This document shows, piece after piece, positions 9,502 to 21,094 of a stretch of 64,000 nt of DNA (positions are counted from its first letter, which is position 1; every line of letters begins with the position of its first letter). The DNA is from Bacillota bacterium (GTDB lineage Bacteria; Bacillota; Sulfobacillia; JACIYH01), in NCBI GenBank assembly GCA_040757085.1, contig JBFLXJ010000009.1, forward strand, positions 7,466 to 71,465, written 5' to 3'. A model generated the notes under the pieces. The model was not told the DNA's origin and did no database searches. It saw nothing but the letters and a program-made list of their open reading frames with translations. A program made the position numbers and the translations under genes.

Positions 9502-10425
9502 TTGTTGTGGCTCGTGGGCGGATTGGGACTCTTCTGGTACGGGCTGTACTCCCTCAGCCAGGGCGCGCGGGGGGCGCTGGGTCACCTCCGGGACCGGCTG
9601 TGGCACAGGACTACCCACCCTCTGACCGGGTTGGTTGCGGGGGCCGTGTGCGCGGCCCTGCTCAACTCGTCGGGGGCCACGGCCCTACTTACCGTGGGGC
9701 TGGTGGAAGCGGGACTGGTGAACCTGCGGGCGGCCATCAGCCTGATCCTGGGGGCCAACGTGGGCACGACGGTGGTGCCCCAGCTGCTGGCCTCTCCCCT
9801 GGGGGACTGGGGCCTCCCCCTGGCGGGCGCGGGAGCGCTGTTGAACCTGGCGGCACCCTGGCGCCGCGTGCGGGCCGGGGGCCAGGGATTGATGGGGTTC
9901 GGCCTGGTGCTGCTGGGCCTGAGTACGGCGGCATCATCTTTGCAGCCGCTTGCCCGGGGAATGGACTGGGTGGTGCTGCTGGAAGGGCTGCGAGGACCCC
10001 TGCGCGGGCTGGGGCTGGGAATGGTCATGGCCCTCGTCCTGCAGTCGGGTAACGCCGCGGTGGCCATCCTGCAGGGGGTGGCCAGCGACGGCACTTTTTC
10101 CCTGCCCCTGGTGGCGCCGGTGGTGATGGGGATCAACCTGGGTTCATCGCTGCCCACCCTGCTGGCTGCTTTGGTAACGGGCAGTCCTGCCGGCAGGCGT
10201 GTGGCCGTCTTCCACGTCCTCTGCAACGCCGTGGGGGTGGTTATGTTCTATCCCCTCGCCCCCGTCCTGGCCGGCCTGTCGCTGCGCGTTTCCGCTCATC
10301 CGCCGGCCCAGGTGGCCCTGGTGCATACCCTGTTCAACCTGGGTACCAGCCTGGCGGAACTCCCCTTCGTGGGAGCCTGGGAAAGAGTGTGCCGGTGGCT
10401 GGTACCGGGAGAAGACCGTCGCTGA
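9502..10425 (+). CDS. Na/Pi-cotransporter-family membrane protein (start uncertain)
   Basis: Polytopic hydrophobic protein with the GANVGTT motif of the Na+/phosphate symporter family. GGAGG lies at 9478..9482. Candidate starts are CTG 9496 and TTG 9502/9505, and the 9370 start in the track overlaps the upstream gene. Confidence 0.65.
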   Translation: MLWLVGGLGLFWYGLYSLSQGARGALGHLRDRLWHRTTHPLTGLVAGAVCAALLNSSGATALLTVGLVEAGLVNLRAAISLILGANVGTTVVPQLLASPLGDWGLPLAGAGALLNLAAPWRRVRAGGQGLMGFGLVLLGLSTAASSLQPLARGMDWVVLLEGLRGPLRGLGLGMVMALVLQSGNAAVAILQGVASDGTFSLPLVAPVVMGINLGSSLPTLLAALVTGSPAGRRVAVFHVLCNAVGVVMFYPLAPVLAGLSLRVSAHPPAQVALVHTLFNLGTSLAELPFVGAWERVCRWLVPGEDRR

Positions 10426-10456
10426 AAGGAACCTGCTGGCGCAGGCTAGAATACCA

Positions 10457-11887
10457 ATGCAGGGGCTGCCGCACTACCCGGGCGGAGGTGGAGTGTTGCA
10501 CAGCCAGTACCTGGGCCTGGAACAGCGGCAAAAACTGGTTTTGAGTCCCCAGCTGCGTCAGGCGCTCACGGTCCTGCAATTGCCTCTGGCCGGACTGGCC
10601 CAGCTGGTACAGCAGGAACTGTGCGAAAATCCCTTGCTGGAAGTGCGCGAAGAAGTGGACTGGCGTTCCGAGGACGTCCCCAGCGAGGAGCCCGACTGGC
10701 TCGACCTTTTCGGGGATTGCAGCGATGTGGGATTGGTCCCCGGAGAACCGTCCCGAAACGAGCCCCGAGGGCTTGACCATCTGGGGAGCCCGACCGGCGG
10801 GCTGACCGAGTACCTGCTGTTCCAGTTGCACGTAAGCGGGGCACCCCCCCATCTGCAGGTGGTGGGCGAGTACCTGGTGGGGTGCCTGGACACCCGCGGG
10901 TACCTGGCCTTCTCCAGCGAGGAGGTGGCCGGCGCCCTGGGTTGTGATGCAGCGGTGGTGGAAGAGGCTCTGGCTCTGGTGCAGAGCCTGGACCCCCCCG
11001 GGGTGGGAGCCCGTTCCCTCCAGGAGTGCCTCGTCCTGCAGTTGCGTCGATTGAAGGGCGTATCGGGGGACGATGAGATCGTGGCCCTGGCCGAACTGGT
11101 GGTGTGCGAACACCTGGAGGATCTGGCAGAAGGACGGTGGGATCGGCTGGCGGGCCGCCTCGGTGTGGAGGTGGAGAAGGTGCATCTGGCGGCCCAGGTG
11201 GTGCGGGGGCTGGATCCCAAGCCGGGACTTGCCTTCGGAGGCCAGCAGGACGTGCGCTATGTGCAACCGGACGTGGTGGTGGAGCGGGTCGGTTCCGATT
11301 ACGTCGTGCTGGTCAACGACTGGGGAGTACCCCGCCTGGGCCTGAGCAGGTACTACCGGCGCCTGCTGGAGGAGGGACTGGCGGACGAGCCCACCCGTCA
11401 GTTCCTGCAGGATCGGATGCGGCGGGCCGTGTGGTTCTTGCGGAGCATCGAGCAGCGTCGGTACACCCTGCACCGGGTGGCAGAGGCCGTGTTCCGCTTC
11501 CAGCGGGATTTCCTGGAGCGGGGCTGGCCCGGACTCAGGCCGCTCACCCTGCGCCAGGTGGCTGAGGCGGCGTCCTGCCACGAGTCCACGGTTTCGCGGG
11601 CGGTGGCCGGCAAGTACGCCCAGACGCCGCGGGGGATGTTTCCCCTGCGCTTTTTCTTCCCGAGTGCCCTGGTAGGACGGGCCGGAGAGGTGGTCGCTGC
11701 GGCTGCGGTGAAGAGGTTACTGCAGGAGATGGTGGCCGGAGAAGATCCGGCGGCGCCGCTGAGTGACGAGGCGTTGGCCCTCCGGTTGCGGGACCGGGGG
11801 GTGGACATCTCGCGGCGGACGGTGGCGAAGTACCGGGCCGAGCTGGGTATCGCCCCATCGGCCCGTCGACGGCGTTGCCCCAGGTAA
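10457..11887 (+). CDS. rpoN: RNA polymerase sigma-54 factor
   Basis: N-terminal Q/L-rich region ([25 protein letters not shown]), core-binding and DNA-binding regions, and a C-terminal RpoN box ([15 protein letters not shown]). Alternative starts GTG 10493 / TTG 10496 lie just after GGAGGTGG. Confidence 0.9.
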   Translation: MQGLPHYPGGGGVLHSQYLGLEQRQKLVLSPQLRQALTVLQLPLAGLAQLVQQELCENPLLEVREEVDWRSEDVPSEEPDWLDLFGDCSDVGLVPGEPSRNEPRGLDHLGSPTGGLTEYLLFQLHVSGAPPHLQVVGEYLVGCLDTRGYLAFSSEEVAGALGCDAAVVEEALALVQSLDPPGVGARSLQECLVLQLRRLKGVSGDDEIVALAELVVCEHLEDLAEGRWDRLAGRLGVEVEKVHLAAQVVRGLDPKPGLAFGGQQDVRYVQPDVVVERVGSDYVVLVNDWGVPRLGLSRYYRRLLEEGLADEPTRQFLQDRMRRAVWFLRSIEQRRYTLHRVAEAVFRFQRDFLERGWPGLRPLTLRQVAEAASCHESTVSRAVAGKYAQTPRGMFPLRFFFPSALVGRAGEVVAAAAVKRLLQEMVAGEDPAAPLSDEALALRLRDRGVDISRRTVAKYRAELGIAPSARRRRCPR

Positions 11888-11903
11888 GGAGGAGGGATGG
11901 AGG

Positions 11904-12905
11904 GTGAAGATAGGTATCAACGGTTTTGGACGGATCGGGCGCATTTTTTTCCGGGCTGCCTACCAGCGCGGGCTGGAGGTGGTGGCGGTTAATGACCTGG
12001 CCGACGCGCCCACGCTGGCCCACCTCTTGAAGTACGACTCCAATTACGGCACCTTCGGGCCCGACGTGCGTGCTGACGGCGACACCATATGGGTGGGGGA
12101 CAATCGGGTACATATTACCCGTGAGAAAGACCCGGCCCAGCTCAGGTGGGGTGACCTGGGTGTGGATCTGGTGGTGGAGTCGACGGGGCGGTTTACGTCG
12201 GGTGAGCAGGCGGTCCTGCACATCGACCGGGGTGGGGCGAAGCGGGTGATCATTTCCGCCCCGGCCAAAGGGGAAGACGTCACCGTGGTGATGGGGGTCA
12301 ACCACGGATCCTACGACCCTGCGCGGCACCGGGTGGTGTCCATGGCCTCGTGCACGACGAATTGTCTGGCTCCGGTTGCGAAGGTGCTGGACGAGCGTTT
12401 CGGCCTGGAGAAGGGGCTCATGACCACCTGTCATGCCTACACCAACGACCAGGTGATCCTGGACTTCCCCCACCGTGACCTGCGCCGGGCGCGGGCGGCG
12501 GCGCTGAGCATTATCCCCACCACCACGGGGGCAGCCAAGGCGGTGGGCCTGGTCATTCCCCACCTGAAGGGGAAGCTGACCGGGCTGGCATTCCGGGTGC
12601 CGGTGGCCACTGTGTCGGTGGTGGACCTGGTGGCGGAGCTGGGGCGGCCGGCCAGTGAGGAGGAGATCAACCAGGCCATGCGGGAGGCGGCGGCGGGTCC
12701 CCTCAACGGGATTCTGGGGGTGAGCGACGTACCCCTGGTTTCCTCGGATTTCAAGGGCATTACCGAGTCGGCCATCGTGGACAGTTCCCTGACCATGGTG
12801 GTGGGGGAGCGGCTGTGCAAGGTGGTGGCGTGGTACGACAATGAGTGGGGTTACTGCCAGAGGCTGGTGGACCTGGCCCGGTACATGGCACGCCTGGGCC
12901 TGTAG
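11904..12905 (+). CDS. gap: glyceraldehyde-3-phosphate dehydrogenase
   Basis: GTG start after [27 protein letters not shown]-binding motif and active-site SCTTNCLAP. Confidence 0.95.
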   Translation: MKIGINGFGRIGRIFFRAAYQRGLEVVAVNDLADAPTLAHLLKYDSNYGTFGPDVRADGDTIWVGDNRVHITREKDPAQLRWGDLGVDLVVESTGRFTSGEQAVLHIDRGGAKRVIISAPAKGEDVTVVMGVNHGSYDPARHRVVSMASCTTNCLAPVAKVLDERFGLEKGLMTTCHAYTNDQVILDFPHRDLRRARAAALSIIPTTTGAAKAVGLVIPHLKGKLTGLAFRVPVATVSVVDLVAELGRPASEEEINQAMREAAAGPLNGILGVSDVPLVSSDFKGITESAIVDSSLTMVVGERLCKVVAWYDNEWGYCQRLVDLARYMARLGL

Positions 12906-12989
12906 GGGGCTATCGGCTAACGGCCGGGTTGCGGCCCGGGTGGCCGGGCTGGTGGCCCGGGGGCTGGTACCCATGAGGAGGCAATTGCG

Positions 12990-14237
12990 GTGCAGTTGAA
13001 GAAGATGGCTGACCTGGACGTGCGTGGCCGCCGGGTGCTGGTGCGGGTTGACTTCAACGTGCCCCTGGCAGAGGGGAAGGTGGCCGATGATACCCGCATC
13101 CGCGCTGCCCTTCCCACGATAAAGGAACTGCTGGGCCGGGGGGCGGCGGTGATCCTGTGCAGTCACCTGGGCCGTCCCAGGGGCGGGCGGGACGAGAAGT
13201 ACAGCCTGGCTCCGGTGCGGGATCGCCTGGAGGAGCTGCTGGGGCAGCCTGTCCGGTGGGCTTCCGACTGCGTGGGGCCCGCGGCCGAGGAGGCCGCCCG
13301 CTTGCTGGTTCCGGGGCAGGTCCTGCTCCTGGAGAACCTTCGTTTCCATGCGGGGGAAGAGGGGAACGATCCCGAATTTGCGCGGGCGCTGGCGCGTTTG
13401 GCCGAGGTCTACGTGAACGATGCCTTCGGGGCCGCCCACCGGGCCCATGCCTCGGTGGTGGGGGTGACCGAGTACCTGCCCGCGGCGGCCGGGCTGCTCA
13501 TGGAGAAGGAAGTGACGTACCTGGGCGGGTTGTTGGAGGACCCCCGACGTCCCTTCTTGTGCGTATTGGGCGGGGCCAAGATTTCCGACAAGATAGGGGT
13601 GATCCGCAACCTGCTTCCGCGTCTGGATGTGCTGGCCCTTGGGGGTGGCATGGCGAACACCTTCCTGGCTGCCCTGGGTTGGGACATGGGGGCTTCCCTG
13701 GTGGACGAAGGTGGCCTGGATCTGGCCCGGGATCTGGTAGGGGAAGCCGGTAGGGCCGGAGTGCGTTTGCTTTTGCCCTGCGATCTGGTGGTGTCCGAGC
13801 GGGTGGCCGCCGATGCACCCCATCAGGTGGTGGTGGTGCCGGGGCTGTCCGCGGCGGCGTCGGGGCCTGTGGCTCCGGCTGGTGATGGGGATGGGCAGCG
13901 GCGAGGTCTGGTGCCGGCGGGGTGGAAGGCCCTGGACGTGGGGCCTGCCACGGTGAGTATCATCCTGGAGGAAGCGGAGCGGGCGGGCACGGTATTCTGG
14001 AATGGTCCCCTGGGGGTATTCGAGGTGGAGCCGTTTAACCGGGGGACGATGGCGGTGGCGCGGGGTCTGGCCACCGTGCCAGGCATGGTGGTGGTTGGGG
14101 GTGGGGATTCCGCAGCCGCCGTGGCCAGGGCCGGGGTGGCTGAACGGCTTTCCCACGTGTCCACGGGGGGAGGGGCAGCCCTGGAGTTCCTGGAGGGTCG
14201 GCTCCTTCCGGGCGTGGCTCCGCTCGGGGTGCGGTAG
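12990..14237 (+). CDS. pgk: phosphoglycerate kinase
   Basis: GTG 8 nt after GAGGAGG. RVDFNVPL, SHLGRP and WNGPLGVFE motifs. Contains a ~20-aa low-complexity insertion. Confidence 0.95.
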   Translation: MQLKKMADLDVRGRRVLVRVDFNVPLAEGKVADDTRIRAALPTIKELLGRGAAVILCSHLGRPRGGRDEKYSLAPVRDRLEELLGQPVRWASDCVGPAAEEAARLLVPGQVLLLENLRFHAGEEGNDPEFARALARLAEVYVNDAFGAAHRAHASVVGVTEYLPAAAGLLMEKEVTYLGGLLEDPRRPFLCVLGGAKISDKIGVIRNLLPRLDVLALGGGMANTFLAALGWDMGASLVDEGGLDLARDLVGEAGRAGVRLLLPCDLVVSERVAADAPHQVVVVPGLSAAASGPVAPAGDGDGQRRGLVPAGWKALDVGPATVSIILEEAERAGTVFWNGPLGVFEVEPFNRGTMAVARGLATVPGMVVVGGGDSAAAVARAGVAERLSHVSTGGGAALEFLEGRLLPGVAPLGVR

Positions 14238-14300
14238 CGGGGGTGTGCCGGGGCGAGATCCCCCGGGCCTGTGGGGTTGCAGCGCGGTGGGAGGTGTGGG

Positions 14301-15110
14301 ATGAGGTTGCGCAGGCCGCTGGTGGCGGCCAACTGGAAGATGTACAAGACGCGGGCCCAGGCCCGCGCTTTTGTGGAGGAGTTCCTGCCCCGGCTGGCGG
14401 TGGACGGTGTGGATGTGGTGATCTGTCCTCCTTTCACGGCCATCGACGCGGTGGCGCGTCTCGTCGAGGGTGGGCCGGTGGCGGTGGGCGCCCAGGACGT
14501 CCACTGGGAGGAAGAGGGAGCCTTCACGGGTGAGGTTTCTCCCGGCATGCTGGTGGAGGCGGGGTGCCGTTACGTGATCGTGGGTCACTCCGAGCGGCGT
14601 CTCCTTTTCGGGGAGACAGACGAGCAGGTGGCGTACAAGCTGCGGGCTGCTCTGGGGCACGGGCTGATACCCATCCTGTGTGTGGGGGAAACACTTTCCC
14701 AGAGGGAGGCCGGTGAGACGGAAGCCGTGGTAGGCCGTCAACTCGACCTGGCCCTGGGTGGCCTGGATCCCGCGCGGGCCGTGGGTGAGGTAGGAGGACC
14801 CTGCCCCGTCCGGGGATTGGAACTGGTGGTGGCCTATGAGCCGGTGTGGGCCATCGGTACCGGGCACAACGCCCGGCCCGAGGATGCGGCTCGGGTGGCG
14901 GTTTTCATCAGGGAACGCCTGGGGCGCCACCTGGGGGAGGAGCTTGCTTCCCGTTTGCGGGTGCTGTATGGGGGGAGTGTGAAGCCCGCCAACATTACCG
15001 GGTTCAGTGCCCGGCCCGAGCTGGACGGGGCCCTGGTGGGTGGAGCCAGCCTGGACCCGGCGGCATTTGCCCAGATAGTGGCGGCATTCGTCGGTTCGGA
15101 GGGTGCGTGA
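14301..15110 (+). CDS. tpiA: triosephosphate isomerase
   Basis: ATG 14301 after GGGAGGTG. VAANWKM, VGHSERR and [11 protein letters not shown] motifs. Confidence 0.93.
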   Translation: MRLRRPLVAANWKMYKTRAQARAFVEEFLPRLAVDGVDVVICPPFTAIDAVARLVEGGPVAVGAQDVHWEEEGAFTGEVSPGMLVEAGCRYVIVGHSERRLLFGETDEQVAYKLRAALGHGLIPILCVGETLSQREAGETEAVVGRQLDLALGGLDPARAVGEVGGPCPVRGLELVVAYEPVWAIGTGHNARPEDAARVAVFIRERLGRHLGEELASRLRVLYGGSVKPANITGFSARPELDGALVGGASLDPAAFAQIVAAFVGSEGA

Positions 15111-16666
15111 TGGTCCTGAGCCGGCGTCCGTGGATGCTGCTGGTGCTGGATGGCTGGGGCTGGAGTCCGCGGAGGGAGGGGAATGCGGTGGCCCTGGCCC
15201 GGTTGCCCTACTTCCGTTATCTGGAGGCTGAGTTCCCCCATACCCTGTTGCGTGCCGACGGGGAGTGGGTGGGACTTACGGAGGGGCAGATGGGGAACTC
15301 CAACGTGGGGCACTTGAACCTGGGGGCGGGCCGGGTGGTGTACCAGGATCTGGTGCGGGTGTTTCGTTCCATCCGGGATGGTTCCTTCTTCCGCCACCCC
15401 GTGTTGCTTGAAGTGGTGGGTCAGGCGCGCCGTGCCGGCCGGGCCCTGCACCTTTTGGGCCTTCTCTCCGACGGGGGGGTGCACAGTCACCAGGAGCATC
15501 TTTATGCCCTGCTGGAGCTGGCGCGGCGGGAGGGTGTGGAGCGGGTGTTCGTGCATGCCTTCATGGACGGGCGGGACACTCCTCCCACCAGCGGGGCGGG
15601 GTACATGGCTGCCCTGGAGGAGAGGATGGCCTCCCTGGGCGTGGGGCGGGTGGCCACGGTGTCGGGGCGTTACTGGGCGATGGACCGGGACCGGCGGTGG
15701 GAGCGTACGGAGAGGGCGTACAGGGCCATGGTGCTGGGGGAAGGGGAAGTAGCCTTGTCCGGCCAGGACGCGGTGGCCCGCGCATACGCCCGCGGGGAGA
15801 CGGACGAATTCATCGCCCCCACGGTCATCCGGGCGGATGGCCGTCCCGATGGTGAAGCGGTGGGCAGGATCTCCCCCGGGGACGGGGTGGTATTCTTTAA
15901 CTTCCGGGCCGACCGTGCCCGGCAGATGAGCTGGGCCCTGGGGGGTGATGACTTTGGGGGTTTTGTGCGACCGGGAGGCAAGCTTCCCCTGAGTTTTTGC
16001 ACCTTCACCTGTTACGATGAGAAGCTTCCTGTCCCGTGCGTGTTTCCGCCCCAGGAGGTGCGCAACACGCTGGGGGAGGTGTGGTCGGGCTATGGTCTGA
16101 GGCAATTGCGGATAGCGGAGACGGAGAAGTATGCCCACGTGACGTACTTTTTCAACGGGGGGAGGGAGGAGCCGTTTCCTGGTGAGGACCGGCGGCTGAT
16201 ACCCTCGCCCAAGGTGAGCACTTACGACAAGAAGCCCGAGATGAGTGCCCCTGAGGTGACGGCGGCTGTCTTAGAGGAGATTGACAGGGGTGTTTACGAC
16301 TGCGTCGTGCTGAATTATGCCAATCCTGACATGGTGGGCCACACGGGGGTGCTGGAGGCGGCGGTGCGGGCTCTGGAGGTGGTGGACGGTTGCCTGGCGC
16401 GGGTGGTGCCGGCCGTGCTGGCCCGGGGGGGAGCGGTGCTGGTGCTGGGTGACCACGGCAATGCCGAGCAGATGCTGGATGAAGATGGTGGCCCCCACAC
16501 TGCGCACACGTCCAATCCGGTGCCCTTTATCCTGGTGGATGAGGAGCGGCGGGGGGCCCGCCTGCGGGAAGGGGGTCTGGCGGATGTGGCTCCTACCATG
16601 CTGAGCCTGCAGGGGTTGGAGGTTCCCGCCGAGATGGAGGGTGAGTGCCTGCTCGAGCCGGGTTAG
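15110..16666 (+). CDS. gpmI: 2,3-bisphosphoglycerate-independent phosphoglycerate mutase
   Basis: The ATG overlaps the tpiA stop (TGATG). [26 protein letters not shown] and GDHGNAE motifs. Confidence 0.93.
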   Translation: MVLSRRPWMLLVLDGWGWSPRREGNAVALARLPYFRYLEAEFPHTLLRADGEWVGLTEGQMGNSNVGHLNLGAGRVVYQDLVRVFRSIRDGSFFRHPVLLEVVGQARRAGRALHLLGLLSDGGVHSHQEHLYALLELARREGVERVFVHAFMDGRDTPPTSGAGYMAALEERMASLGVGRVATVSGRYWAMDRDRRWERTERAYRAMVLGEGEVALSGQDAVARAYARGETDEFIAPTVIRADGRPDGEAVGRISPGDGVVFFNFRADRARQMSWALGGDDFGGFVRPGGKLPLSFCTFTCYDEKLPVPCVFPPQEVRNTLGEVWSGYGLRQLRIAETEKYAHVTYFFNGGREEPFPGEDRRLIPSPKVSTYDKKPEMSAPEVTAAVLEEIDRGVYDCVVLNYANPDMVGHTGVLEAAVRALEVVDGCLARVVPAVLARGGAVLVLGDHGNAEQMLDEDGGPHTAHTSNPVPFILVDEERRGARLREGGLADVAPTMLSLQGLEVPAEMEGECLLEPG

Positions 16667-16735
16667 CGAGGGGCGGCTGTTTGCCCTTGACAGGCGCGGC
16701 GTCCCGGCCGGCCCCGATGTTGGCCCGAGTTGTGA

Positions 16736-18016
<1,281 letters not shown>

Positions 18017-18034
18017 GGGGACAACGTGCAAAGG

Positions 18035-18064
18035 TTGGTGGGGCGGGACAGCCTGTGATAAAAT
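18035..18064 (+). promoter_or_regulatory. sigma-A-like promoter upstream of secG
   Basis: TTGGTG, 18-nt spacer, then extended -10 TGaTAAAAT. It overlaps the imperfect dyad TGTGAT-N6-ATCACA. Confidence 0.4.
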
Positions 18065-18083
18065 GATCACACGTGGGGGTGGT

Positions 18084-18317
18084 ATGGTGCTGGCCAGCGT
18101 GGTGCTGGGTTTGCACATCGTGTTTTGCGTGGGGCTCATCGCCACCGTGTTGCTTCAGTCGGGGCGTAGCGCCGGTCTGTCCGGGGCCATTGCCGGCGGA
18201 GCCGAGCAGCTATTTGGCAAGAAGAAGGGGCTCGACGATCTCCTGGCGAAGATCTCTACGTTTTTCGCTGCCGCGTTCATGATAACTTCCGTCATCCTCA
18301 CCGTGTTCCATGGTTGA
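18084..18317 (+). CDS. secG: preprotein translocase subunit SecG
   Basis: 77-aa protein with two hydrophobic helices and the LLQSGRSAGLSGAIAGG motif. The ATG follows GGGGGTGG. Confidence 0.85.
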   Translation: MVLASVVLGLHIVFCVGLIATVLLQSGRSAGLSGAIAGGAEQLFGKKKGLDDLLAKISTFFAAAFMITSVILTVFHG

Positions 18318-18420
18318 GGCGCGCTCTTCTGTGTCTGTGTTCCGCGGGTGGGGAAGCTCCACCTCGGCTGGGGGCGGGGCGGTTGCCGCGCACCGAAAGC
18401 CTGATGGGGAGGCGTTCTGA

Positions 18421-18972
18421 TTGGATAGGGCACAGGCAATTGCCCTCATGCGGCATCATCTAACCAACAAGAACATGCGCAAGCACAGCCTGGCGGTGGA
18501 AGCCGTGATGCGGGCCCTGGCCCGCCGCCTGGGGCAGGACGAGGAGAAGTGGGGCCTGGCCGGTATACTGCACGACATCGACTACGAGCAAACCCGGGAT
18601 GATCCCCAGCGGCACAGCATGTTGGGGGCGGACATGCTGGCCGAGATGGGTGTGGATGCCGATGTGGTAGAGGCGGTGCGGACCCACAATGAGGCGCACG
18701 GCCTCCCCCGGGACGGCCTGATGAGCAAGGCCCTGTATGCGTGCGATCCCCTCACCGGACTGATAGTGGCCGCCGCCCTCATTCATCCCGAGAAGAAACT
18801 GGCGGTCATTGATACCCCGTTTGTGCTGCACCGGTTTGGAGAGAAGGCCTTCGCCCGGGGGGCGAGCCGGGAGCAGATCAGGACGTGCTCCGAACTCGGC
18901 CTGGACCTGGAGGAATTCGTGAGCATCGGATTGCAGGCCATGCAGGCCATCGCCCCGGACCTGGGACTCTGA
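18421..18972 (+). CDS. HD/HDIG-domain metal-dependent phosphohydrolase
   Basis: The H..HSLAVE...LAGILHDIDY pattern (HD motif). ~180 aa, TTG start. Confidence 0.8.
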   Translation: MDRAQAIALMRHHLTNKNMRKHSLAVEAVMRALARRLGQDEEKWGLAGILHDIDYEQTRDDPQRHSMLGADMLAEMGVDADVVEAVRTHNEAHGLPRDGLMSKALYACDPLTGLIVAAALIHPEKKLAVIDTPFVLHRFGEKAFARGASREQIRTCSELGLDLEEFVSIGLQAMQAIAPDLGL

Positions 18973-19007
18973 TCGTCTGCCCGGTCCTGAAGAGGCAGGT
19001 GGGCGCA

Positions 19008-19499
19008 ATGCCCGCGGGGGCGGAATCCATCAAGACGGTGACCGAGAACAGGCGGGCCCGCCATGAGTACCACATCGAAGATACCATTGAGGCCGGGCTT
19101 TGCTTGGTTGGCTCGGAGGTGAAGTCGCTTCGAGAGGGCGCGGTGAGCCTGCAGGACAGTTACGCCGAAATCAAGGACGGTGAAATATTTCTGGTCAATG
19201 CGCACATTGCTCCCTACCGGGCAGCCGCGTTTTTCGGTCACCACGATCCCAGGCGGGCCCGGAAGCTGCTCTTGCACCGGGCCGAGATCCGTCGCCTGGA
19301 GGCCCGTGTGAAGCAGCGCGGGTACACTCTCGTCCCATTGCGCATCTACTTTCGCGGGGCCAGGGCCAAGGTTGAACTGGCGCTGGCCCGCGGCAAACGG
19401 CTGTATGACCGGCGTCGCGAGATCGCAGAGCGCGATGCCCGGCGCGAAGCAGAAAAGGAACTTTCCCACACTGCAAGGCAGAGAGGCTGGCCCCGGTGA
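19008..19499 (+). CDS. smpB: SsrA-binding protein
   Basis: ENRRARHEYHIEDTIEAGL.L.GSEVKSLR and the C-terminal basic tail are typical of SmpB. It lies directly upstream of tmRNA. Confidence 0.93.
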   Translation: MPAGAESIKTVTENRRARHEYHIEDTIEAGLCLVGSEVKSLREGAVSLQDSYAEIKDGEIFLVNAHIAPYRAAAFFGHHDPRRARKLLLHRAEIRRLEARVKQRGYTLVPLRIYFRGARAKVELALARGKRLYDRRREIAERDARREAEKELSHTARQRGWPR

Positions 19500-19523
19500 C
19501 GGGCCGCCGCGGGCAACCCGTGC

Positions 19524-19552
19524 TTGCGCCGGTGGAGCAAGCATGGTAAAAT
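19524..19552 (+). promoter_or_regulatory. sigma-A-like promoter upstream of ssrA
   Basis: TTGCGC, 17-nt spacer, TAAAAT, ending ~20 nt before the mature tmRNA 5' end. Confidence 0.5.
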
Positions 19553-19571
19553 TCTGGTGAGTGTAAGACTT

Positions 19572-19921
19572 GGGGGTGAGCTAGGTTCGACGCAGGTAGT
19601 GCGGGCGAGAGCAGCGAGCCGAGGTCCCGTGGCCTCGTTAAACTGCGGGAAACACAAAGTGCCAACGAGAATCTCGCTCTAGCGGCCTAAGCAGGCCACT
19701 ACGCCCGGTGGATTCAGCCTGCGGAACCCGCCGGGTGCCGACCAGCAGGATAGCTCCGGGACCTTCCCCCTGCAGGTTCCGGATGCGAAAACAACCAGGG
19801 TAGCCGGGGCGGATCCCGCCCGCGGGAGCCGGCCTCGGCGAAAGGAAAACGCGGGCTACGCTCGTAGAGACTGGCGTCTGTTCACCTGCGGACCCGGGTG
19901 CAACTCCCGGCACCTCCACCA
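19572..19921 (+). ncRNA. ssrA: transfer-messenger RNA (tmRNA)
   Basis: 5' GGGGGTG pairs with 3' CACCTCC-A-CCA, including a G3-U pair. T-arm GGGTGCAACTCCC. The internal tag frame GCC AAC GAG AAT CTC GCT CTA GCG GCC TAA (19661..19690) encodes ANENLALAA. Confidence 0.93.
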
Positions 19922-20904
19922 TGTTTTGGCTGTTTTCTGTACAATCTGGTCCTCGTGGGTAGGCCGGGTGGTGTGACCACCGCCCCCGTGCGGGAGGGCG
20001 GATGCCAGAGTACCGCCTGCTCCATGGCTGCGGCGAGAGGTTCCAGGGGCGCCATGGATACGCTGTCCACCACGCGAGCAGGGGGCTCAAGGGGAAGGAC
20101 CATCTGTTCCACCACCACCCGCACTTGCGGCGGGGTCGGGGCGGGCAGGTTCAGGAGGGGCCTCTGCTGCCGGAACACGTATACGGTGCGGGTAGGTTCG
20201 TCCCATACCACCCGGCGACCGAGGGCACCGGCCAGGGCCCGCACGGGGGCCCAGACCATCCCGTCCAGCCATTTTCCGGTTATGACCGGGGAAGTGGTAT
20301 CGGTGACGATGCGTACCTGGTCCCCCTCCGGAGGCGAGGTGGGGGCGGGCCCCTTCAGGCCGTGCAGCCACCAGGTGACCTGCCAGCGCAACCAGGGGAT
20401 GGCGACGGCTAGGTGCTTACCAGGACAGGAGGTGGGATTCAGGTCGGAATGAGGCACTATAGAGGCGGGGTCGATATCCCAGACGAAGCAGAGCCAGGCC
20501 AGGAGGGCGGCGAGAGTCTGCAGTTGGGCCGGCGAGGGCTGTTCGACCTCATAGTTCCCCAGCACGGCCACTCCGATGTTGCCCTGGTTGTGATCGCGGG
20601 CGTGGGCACCCAGGCTGAGGGAGCCGTCGGGCTGGGTTTCCCGTCCCCAGTAGACGTCCTGACCGCTAACATAGGAGGGACGATCGACCAGGAAGTGGTA
20701 GCCGATGTCGTAAAAACCCCTGCTCAGGTGGTACTCCTGAATGGTGCGGATCTCGCGGTAGGGAGGGGCAGGGGCGGACAGCGTGTGGTGCAGGGTTATC
20801 GTGTGGGGAGTGCCCAGAGGGGACAGCTTTCCTGCCGGGGGCCGGGCTGTCCAGGATTCCCGGCTCCATATGGATGGCATCCTCTGGGGAAAATACCGGG
20901 GCAT
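19882..20904 (-). CDS. N-acetylmuramoyl-L-alanine amidase (Amidase_2/PGRP type) with C-terminal copper-amine-oxidase-N-like repeats
   Basis: ATG 20904 follows GGAGGTG at a 5-nt spacing. ITLHHT, GYHFLVD and HSDLNPTSCPG motifs. The last ~13 codons are antisense to the tmRNA 3' end. Confidence 0.8.
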   Translation of the reverse strand: MPRYFPQRMPSIWSRESWTARPPAGKLSPLGTPHTITLHHTLSAPAPPYREIRTIQEYHLSRGFYDIGYHFLVDRPSYVSGQDVYWGRETQPDGSLSLGAHARDHNQGNIGVAVLGNYEVEQPSPAQLQTLAALLAWLCFVWDIDPASIVPHSDLNPTSCPGKHLAVAIPWLRWQVTWWLHGLKGPAPTSPPEGDQVRIVTDTTSPVITGKWLDGMVWAPVRALAGALGRRVVWDEPTRTVYVFRQQRPLLNLPAPTPPQVRVVVEQMVLPLEPPARVVDSVSMAPLEPLAAAMEQAVLWHPPSRTGAVVTPPGLPTRTRLYRKQPKHGGGAGSCTRVRR

Positions 20905-21094
20905 GTGCTCACCTCCTGGTTTCCCCGACAGCATATGCAGCTGTCCCCGGTTGTGGGGGCAGACCAGCGAATAAAGTGGTAGGGGCGCCGGCAGGCATGG
21001 GAGTTACGGGCCGTGGCCGGGTGGACTTTGCGGGGCCGCAGGTAGTGCGGTTCGGTACGAGGGGCCGGTGCCAGGTTGAGGGGAGGAGTGCATC

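Noticed and set aside
11544-14930. 1128-aa minus-strand ORF spanning the 3' end of rpoN, gap, pgk and tpiA
   Set aside because: It is antisense to four recognisable conserved genes (the 3' end of rpoN, gap, pgk, tpiA). Its translation is P/R/G/H-rich low complexity with no motif. Long antisense ORFs are expected in GC-rich DNA where stop codons are rare.
20905-21094. c-di-AMP (ydaO-type) riboswitch upstream of the amidase gene
   Set aside because: Such riboswitches often precede cell-wall hydrolases. The minus-strand leader, however, lacks the conserved ACGGGG / CCCGA...GACAGCTAACC-type blocks that I remember; only a small GACAGC/GCTGTC hairpin is present.
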